Of a stretch of DNA of 32,000 nucleotides, positions 8,341-13,273 are shown in pieces. Every line of letters starts with the position of its first letter. The first letter of the stretch is position 1. Source of the DNA: Crocosphaera sp. XPORK-15E (GTDB lineage: Bacteria; Cyanobacteriota; Cyanobacteriia; Cyanobacteriales; Microcystaceae). The stretch is from assembly GCF_034931425.1 (NCBI RefSeq), contig NZ_JAYGHQ010000019.1, positions 54,216-86,215 on the forward strand, written 5' to 3'. The notes below the pieces were generated by a model. That model saw only the letters and a program-made list of their open reading frames with translations, was not told the DNA's origin and ran no database searches. The position numbers and the translations under genes were made by a program.

Positions 8341-8665
8341 TCAAGAAACGCTTTTAGATATTGTGCGATTTGCTCAAGAAATTCTCGATCTGACAAAGGG
8401 AATGGATGAGGATACTTTTGCTAAAAATCGTCCTACTCAACTGGCTATATTGTATGAAATTGCTGTTATGGGAGAAGCTGTTAAACGACTTTCGCCAGAG
8501 TTTCGAGCTAATCATGGGGCGATTCCTTGGAAAGAAATTGCAGGAATGCGAGATAAGGTGATCCATCAATATGATCGCGTTAAAATTGCAGTGGTTTGGC
8601 AAGTTATTATGGTTGATATTCCTTTTTTACTTCGGCAACTTGAACCTTTGTTACCTCAACCATGA
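8330..8665 (+). CDS. HEPN-domain (DUF86) protein, toxin-type partner of MNT
   Basis: 111 aa. R-x4-H motif (AGMRDKVIHQYDRV). Canonical MNT-HEPN gene order and overlap. Confidence 0.88.
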   Translation: MPRDQETLLDIVRFAQEILDLTKGMDEDTFAKNRPTQLAILYEIAVMGEAVKRLSPEFRANHGAIPWKEIAGMRDKVIHQYDRVKIAVVWQVIMVDIPFLLRQLEPLLPQP

Positions 8666-8683
8666 CTTAAAATTTTAGGCAAA

Positions 8684-11209
8684 ATGAACGACAAATTTAA
8701 TCAAACGGGAATTGAAAATTCAATCATTGGCGATAATGCTCAAATTAATGTTGAACAGAAGATCATTTTGCCGTCTGTTAAGAGGGAAATTAAACCAAAC
8801 CCCCACAATTTATTTAACAGTGGAGTCCCTCAATTTGTGGGACGCGATCCCGTTTTAATTAAGTTACACGAACAGTTACAGCAAACTGAAAGGGTCGCTA
8901 TTTCTACCTTAACGGGAATGGGTGGCATCGGTAAATCGGAATTAGCCTTACAGTATAGTTGGCAGGAATGGCCGAAAGAAACTTATCGGGGGGGAATTTG
9001 TTGGTTGAATGTGGTAAATAGTGATCCTGGTTTAAGTATTGTGACTTTTGCCAGCAGTTATTTGGGCTTAACTATACCAGATACGGAATCCTTAAGGAAA
9101 CGGGTTGCTTATTGTTGGCAATATTGGCTTAAAAATGATACGGATCAAACATTGATTATTTTTGATGATGTGCGGGATTATGAGCAGATTAAGCACTATT
9201 TACCGCCGAAGGAAGAAAAACGCTTTAAAGTCATCATTACAACGCGCTGTGAGTATCTATCGGCAACTATTCAAACTCTCCATATCGAGAAGTTAGATGA
9301 AGCAGCAGCCTTAGATTTATTGCGTTCATATATAACTGATGGCAGAATTGATGAGCAAATTGAGCAAGCAGAGTCACTTTGTCGAGATTTGGGCTATTTA
9401 CCCCTAGCTTTGGAATTGGTAGCGCGGTTACTGCGACGGCGCAATAGTTGGACAGTGGAGAAAATTCGGGAGAAGTTGGCAGAGAAGGGGTTAGAAGATG
9501 CTAGTTTAGTTAAAAATCCTAAGTTTGACTCGGAAATGACTGCGGAACGAGGGGTTAAAGCTGCTTTTGATCTGAGTTGGGACGCTTTAAATCAGGAACC
9601 AGAAGCCCAAAATTTAGCTCTCTATCTTAGTTTATTTGCTCTTGCGCCTTTTCCTAAAGTGTTTATTGATGCGTTATTCCCTGAACAAGAGGAAGACGAA
9701 ATTGAGGAATGGTTAACGGATAATCTAGTTCATCTTAATCTAGTCAGAACCTTAGATAATGGTTGGTATGAACTGCATACTTTGATTCGTCGCTATCTAA
9801 GGGATAAATTAGAACAGTCTGAGATTAAAGAGACAGCAAAACAAGCTTACTGTAAGGTGATGGTGATAGTTGCTCAAAATATTCCTCATACCCCTACCTT
9901 AGAAGATATTGCCAATTTTGAACCCATTATTGATCACCTGAAAGTTGTTGCTGATGAGTTAGACAAATCCCTAGAAGATGAGGATTTATATTGGCCGTTT
10001 ATTGGTTTGGGTAGTTTTTATCGAGGTCAAGGACTCTATAATGATGCAGAACCCTATTTAACCAATTGTTTAACCTTTACGCAACAACGCTTAGGGGAAA
10101 ATCATCCCGATGTTGCACAAAGTCTCAACAATTTAGCTTTATTGTACTTTTCTCAAGGACGTTACCCAGAAGCAGAACCCTTGTATCTGCGATCGCTGTC
10201 TATCTGGGAACAACAATTGGGGGAAAATCATCCCCATGTTGCTTCCAGTCTCAACAATTTAGCAGAATTGTACCGTTCTCAAGGACGTTACCCAGAAGCT
10301 GAACCCTTGTTACTGCGATCGCTGTCTATCATGGAACAACGCTTAAGGGAAAATCATCCCCATGTTGCTACCAGTCTCAACAATTTAGCAGAATTGTACC
10401 GTTCTCAAGGACGTTACCCAGAAGCAGAACCCTTGTATCGGCGATCGCTGTCTATCAGGGAACAACAATTGGGGGAAAATCATCCCGATGTTGCTACCAG
10501 TCTCAACAATTTAGCTAGTTTGTACAGTTCTCAAGGACGTTACCCAGAAGCAGAACCCTTGTATCGGCGATCGCTGTCTATCAGGGAACAACAATTGGGG
10601 GAAAATCATCCCGATGTTGCTACCAGTCTCAACAATTTAGCTAGTTTGTACAGTTCTCAAGGACGTTACCCAGAAGCAGAACCCTTGTATCGGCGATCGC
10701 TGTCTATCAGGGAACAACAATTGGGGGAAAATCATCCCGATGTTGCTTCCAGTCTCAACAATTTAGCTGGTTTGTACGAATCTCAAGGACGTTACCCAGA
10801 AGCAGAACCCTTGTATCTGCGATCGCTGTCTATCAGGGAACAACAATTGGGGGAAAATCATCCCTCTGTTGCTTCCAGTCTTAACAATTTAGCTTTGTTG
10901 TATGAAACGCAAGGAAAGCTGGAAGAAGCAGAAAGATTTGCACAACAAGCATTAACAATGTATCAAGCTGCATTAAGTGATAATCATCCTCATACTCTTA
11001 ATTCATTGCTTATGGTTAAAGGTTTCCAGATGATGAAGCTTTTGGGATGCGATAAACAAACATTGTTGGGTATTCTACAAGCAATTGCAGAGGCGAATAA
11101 TATTCCCCAGTTGAATACAGAAACAATGTTGATGTTACTGGACTTTATGTCGGATAATCCCGAATTATTGGAGAGTTTGCGGGAACAAATATCAACGAGA
11201 ACATCATAA
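8684..11209 (+). CDS. STAND NTPase: NB-ARC ATPase plus a TPR (TPR_10/12, kinesin-light-chain-like) sensor array. NLR-like protein with only a ~45-aa N-terminal extension.
   Basis: Walker A GMGGIGKSELA, Walker B LIIFDDV, IITTR, and a GLPLA-like motif GYLPLALELV. About 8 TPR units of 42 aa (GRYPEAEPLYxRSLSIxEQQLGENHPxVAxSLNNLAxLYxSQ). N-terminus NQTGIENSIIGDNAQINVEQ. Confidence 0.92.
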   Translation: MNDKFNQTGIENSIIGDNAQINVEQKIILPSVKREIKPNPHNLFNSGVPQFVGRDPVLIKLHEQLQQTERVAISTLTGMGGIGKSELALQYSWQEWPKETYRGGICWLNVVNSDPGLSIVTFASSYLGLTIPDTESLRKRVAYCWQYWLKNDTDQTLIIFDDVRDYEQIKHYLPPKEEKRFKVIITTRCEYLSATIQTLHIEKLDEAAALDLLRSYITDGRIDEQIEQAESLCRDLGYLPLALELVARLLRRRNSWTVEKIREKLAEKGLEDASLVKNPKFDSEMTAERGVKAAFDLSWDALNQEPEAQNLALYLSLFALAPFPKVFIDALFPEQEEDEIEEWLTDNLVHLNLVRTLDNGWYELHTLIRRYLRDKLEQSEIKETAKQAYCKVMVIVAQNIPHTPTLEDIANFEPIIDHLKVVADELDKSLEDEDLYWPFIGLGSFYRGQGLYNDAEPYLTNCLTFTQQRLGENHPDVAQSLNNLALLYFSQGRYPEAEPLYLRSLSIWEQQLGENHPHVASSLNNLAELYRSQGRYPEAEPLLLRSLSIMEQRLRENHPHVATSLNNLAELYRSQGRYPEAEPLYRRSLSIREQQLGENHPDVATSLNNLASLYSSQGRYPEAEPLYRRSLSIREQQLGENHPDVATSLNNLASLYSSQGRYPEAEPLYRRSLSIREQQLGENHPDVASSLNNLAGLYESQGRYPEAEPLYLRSLSIREQQLGENHPSVASSLNNLALLYETQGKLEEAERFAQQALTMYQAALSDNHPHTLNSLLMVKGFQMMKLLGCDKQTLLGILQAIAEANNIPQLNTETMLMLLDFMSDNPELLESLREQISTRTS
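10157..10912 (+). repeat. Six near-identical in-frame tandem 126-bp units (TPR repeats). More diverged units flank them at ~10031-10156 and ~10913-11040.
   Basis: Unit starts at 10157, 10283, 10409, 10535, 10661 and 10787 (GGACGTTACCCAGAAGC...). Units 10409-10534 and 10535-10660 are identical at all 126 nt. Each unit carries one HIP1 site. Confidence 0.95.
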
Positions 11210-11227
11210 AGTACGGTAATTTAATGG

Positions 11228-11301
11228 CTTTGTAGGGGTTTAACACCGTTAAACCCTGAACGACAAGGGCATAATAGTATTATGCCCCTACGGTAATTTA
11301 G
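11228..11301. repeat. Cassette-boundary element copy 1: 48-nt module A (hairpin GGGTTTAAC-ACC-GTTAAACCC) plus 26-nt module B (hairpin GGGCATAAT-AGT-ATTATGCCC)
   Basis: Read directly. Flanked by 12-nt direct repeats TACGGTAATTTA at 11222-11233 and 11299-11310. Related copies lie at 12291-12338 and 12914-12976. Confidence 0.85.
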
Positions 11302-11341
11302 CAGAAAATGTTATAATACATATCCAATGTCTAACTAAATC

Positions 11342-11536
11342 ATGAAAGTCCGCAATGTTATTCAACGGTTAAAAGTCGATGGATGGTATCAAGCAAGAAT
11401 GCGAGGTAGTCATCGAGTTTTTAAACACCCTCAAAAAATGGGTATTGTCGTCGTTCCGGGTAGCTTTTCTGATGAAGTTGCCATTGGCACATTAAAAAGT
11501 ATTTGGAAACAAGCACAGATAGAGGATGAAACATGA
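11342..11536 (+). CDS. hicA: HicA-family toxin (mRNA interferase, YcfA-like)
   Basis: 64 aa. LKVDGWYQARMRGSHRVFKHP motif. ATGA overlap with hicB. Confidence 0.88.
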   Translation: MKVRNVIQRLKVDGWYQARMRGSHRVFKHPQKMGIVVVPGSFSDEVAIGTLKSIWKQAQIEDET

Positions 11537-11748
11537 AAGAATATCTAGTTATTTTTGAACAGGCTGGTAATAACTATTCTGCTTATGTTCCTGATTTACC
11601 TGGTTGTATATCTACAGGAAAAACGCTTGAAGAATTAGAAATCAATATTAAAGAAGCAATTACGCTTTATATTGATACTCTTAAGGAAGATGGTCAACCC
11701 ATTCCAGAACCTTCAGTGAGTAGCAAATTGATTAAAGTAGCCGCATAA
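11533..11748 (+). CDS. hicB: HicB-family antitoxin (UPF0150 fold, short form)
   Basis: 71 aa. YSAYVPDLPGCISTGKTLEELEINIKEAITLYI is typical of the HicB N-domain. Confidence 0.85.
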   Translation: MKEYLVIFEQAGNNYSAYVPDLPGCISTGKTLEELEINIKEAITLYIDTLKEDGQPIPEPSVSSKLIKVAA

Positions 11749-11807
11749 AAGGACAATTACTAGACTGTGTACTTTTTTTTAAAGAACGATATACTTCAGC
11801 AAAAACT

Positions 11808-12026
11808 ATGACAATTAAAGAACAACTCATTAAAGAAATTGAACATATTCCTGATTCTCTCTTAGGACAATTACTTGATTATGTACTCTTTCTTAAAGAA
11901 CGACATATTGAAGAAGAAATCGGCGAAGAAGAAATCAGCGAAGAAGAACGTGATAATATTATTGCATCTGAGTCTGCTTATCAATCAGGAGATTACTTAA
12001 CCCTTGAAGAATATGAGGCTAGTTAA
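11808..12026 (+). CDS. Putative type II antitoxin (acidic C-terminus)
   Basis: 72 aa. LLGQLLDYVLFLKERH helix then an E-rich tail. It directly precedes a relE/parE-type reading frame. Confidence 0.65.
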   Translation: MTIKEQLIKEIEHIPDSLLGQLLDYVLFLKERHIEEEIGEEEISEEERDNIIASESAYQSGDYLTLEEYEAS

Positions 12027-12028
12027 AA

Positions 12029-12282
12029 TTGAGCTATCATATTATTATTCCTAAACCTGTTCAAAAGCAACTAGATGAATTACCTCAAAAACAACGCAAA
12101 CGAATGATTGCAGACATTCGACTTCTTGCTGATACACCTCGTCCTAATGGAGTTAAAAAGATAAAGGATATGATAACAGTTATCGAATCAGAATAGGTAA
12201 CTATCGTGTAATTTACAGAATTCAAGATAAGGAAATGCTGATTCTTGTCTTAAGTTGTATTCATCGTAAAGATGCTTATTAA
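12029..12282 (+). pseudogene. Frameshifted RelE/ParE-family toxin gene
   Basis: Frame A (TTG 12029 to TAG 12194-12196) gives LSYHIIIPKPVQKQLDELPQKQRKRMIADIRLLADTPRPNGVKKIKD... Frame B from ~12166 gives GYDNSYRIRIGNYRVIYRIQDKEMLILVLSCIHRKDAY* (stop 12280-12282). Together they make a complete RelE/ParE toxin, broken by a 1-nt frame change near 12160-12170. Confidence 0.8.
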
Positions 12283-12290
12283 ACTAGAGT

Positions 12291-12338
12291 AATTTAATGG
12301 CTTTGTAGGGGTTTAATACCGTTAAACCCTGAGCGACA
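12291..12338. repeat. Cassette-boundary element copy 2 (module A only)
   Basis: 46 of 48 nt identical to 11228-11275. Starts 9 nt after the pseudogene stop. Confidence 0.85.
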
Positions 12339-12397
12339 TTCACACATATATAAATAATATATATAATAGGATAGTCACCATTAAAGGATAAAAAAAC

Positions 12398-12607
12398 ATG
12401 GAATCAATCATTAATGAAGAAAAGACAAAAGAACTTCTAACTGAAATTTTAATAGAGATGATGCAATCGAAACGAGAAATCTTTTATGAAATTGTTTTAG
12501 AAGCGTTAGAAGAAATCGGGTTAGCTAACGCCATAACGGAAGGAAGACAGAATGAATTTGTTTCCGAAGAAGAAATATTTTCAATTCTTGATAGCGAAGT
12601 AGAATGA
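12398..12607 (+). CDS. Putative type II antitoxin
   Basis: 69 aa, acidic. ATGA overlap with the downstream RelE/ParE toxin. Confidence 0.65.
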   Translation: MESIINEEKTKELLTEILIEMMQSKREIFYEIVLEALEEIGLANAITEGRQNEFVSEEEIFSILDSEVE

Positions 12608-12870
12608 AAATTAAATTTGAATCAAAATTTGCGAAAGACTTGAAGAAAATTAAAGATAAAAAACTATTATTAAATGTCAAAGAGAGCATCAATGAATGTA
12701 AATTAGCTGATAGTTTAAGTGAAATCAATAATCTCAAAAAACTTAAAGGTTATCAAACATTTTATCGCCTGAAAATAGGAGACTATCGAATTGGGATTGA
12801 AATCACTAATAATGAATTGATTTTTGTTCGCTTTTTACATAGAAAAGAAGTTTATAGATTCTTCCCCTAA
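12604..12870 (+). CDS. RelE/ParE-family toxin (plasmid stabilisation system type)
   Basis: 88 aa. KKLKGYQTFYRLKIGDYRIGIEITNNELIFVRFLHRKEVY matches the RelE/ParE core pattern. Confidence 0.85.
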   Translation: MKIKFESKFAKDLKKIKDKKLLLNVKESINECKLADSLSEINNLKKLKGYQTFYRLKIGDYRIGIEITNNELIFVRFLHRKEVYRFFP

Positions 12871-12913
12871 CAAGTTTATGATGCTACAGTATTTTAATGG
12901 TTTGTCAAAGATT

Positions 12914-12976
12914 AGGGCATAATAGTATTATGCCCCTACAGCAATTTAATGGCTTTGTAGGGGTTTAACACCGTTA
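12914..12976. repeat. Cassette-boundary element copy 3: module B, then module A truncated inside its hairpin
   Basis: 12914-12939 is identical to 11276-11301. 12943-12976 equals the first 34 nt of module A and ends abruptly at the hicB-remnant junction. Confidence 0.85.
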
Positions 12977-13164
12977 TTGAAAAGGACAAAGATACCAATC
13001 TTTATGTAGGTTATGTCCCCGGTTTTGCTGGCGCACATTCCACTGGTGAAACCTTGGATGAATTACACAAAAACTTACAAGAAGTAATTGAAATGTTATT
13101 ACAAGATGAAGATATTAACTTAGAAACAGAATTTATCGGAACACAACAAATTGCCATTAGGTAA
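12976..13164 (+). pseudogene. 5'-truncated HicB-like antitoxin remnant (no start codon)
   Basis: Translates to IEKDKDTNLYVGYVPGFAGAHSTGETLDELHKNLQEVIEMLLQDEDINLETEFIGTQQIAIR*. The in-frame upstream sequence is the repeat element and a TAG at 12958-12960. Not in the ORF track because it lacks an initiator. Confidence 0.7.
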
Positions 13165-13167
13165 AAT

Positions 13168-13251
13168 ATGGGTAATATTCCAGTTCTTAAACCACAAGAA
13201 GTCATTCGCTTATTAGAAAATGTAGAACAATTTTTAGAGAATAATTCATAA
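13168..13251 (+). pseudogene. 3'-truncated HicA-like toxin remnant (27 aa)
   Basis: MGNIPVLKPQEVIRLLENVEQFLENNS*. The first ~18 aa match the HicA N-terminus pattern and then the sequence diverges and stops. It ends 22 nt from the dnaX stop. Confidence 0.55.
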
Positions 13252-13273
13252 TAAAAATCCCAAAATTGTTTAG

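Noticed and set aside
10031-11040. Regularly spaced 126-bp direct repeats that could superficially suggest a CRISPR array or satellite
   Set aside because: The repeats are contiguous with no unique spacers. They are in-frame and encode canonical 42-aa TPR units inside the NB-ARC protein. The alternative-frame ORF 10066-10302 is a by-product of the repeat.
11228-12976. The hairpin boundary elements as integron attC sites. The stem contains GTTTAAC ... GTTAAAC, which resemble R''/R' core sites.
   Set aside because: The stem-loop is only 9 bp + 3 nt, with no L'/L'' boxes or extrahelical bases. It is far shorter than real attC sites, and no IntI-like integrase or attI is in the window. The core-site resemblance follows trivially from the palindrome. 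It is kept only as an analogy in the cassette-array finding.
13011-13205. 64-aa minus-strand ORF
   Set aside because: It is antisense to the recognisable HicB/HicA remnant frames. The product is Cys/Ser-rich with no motif.
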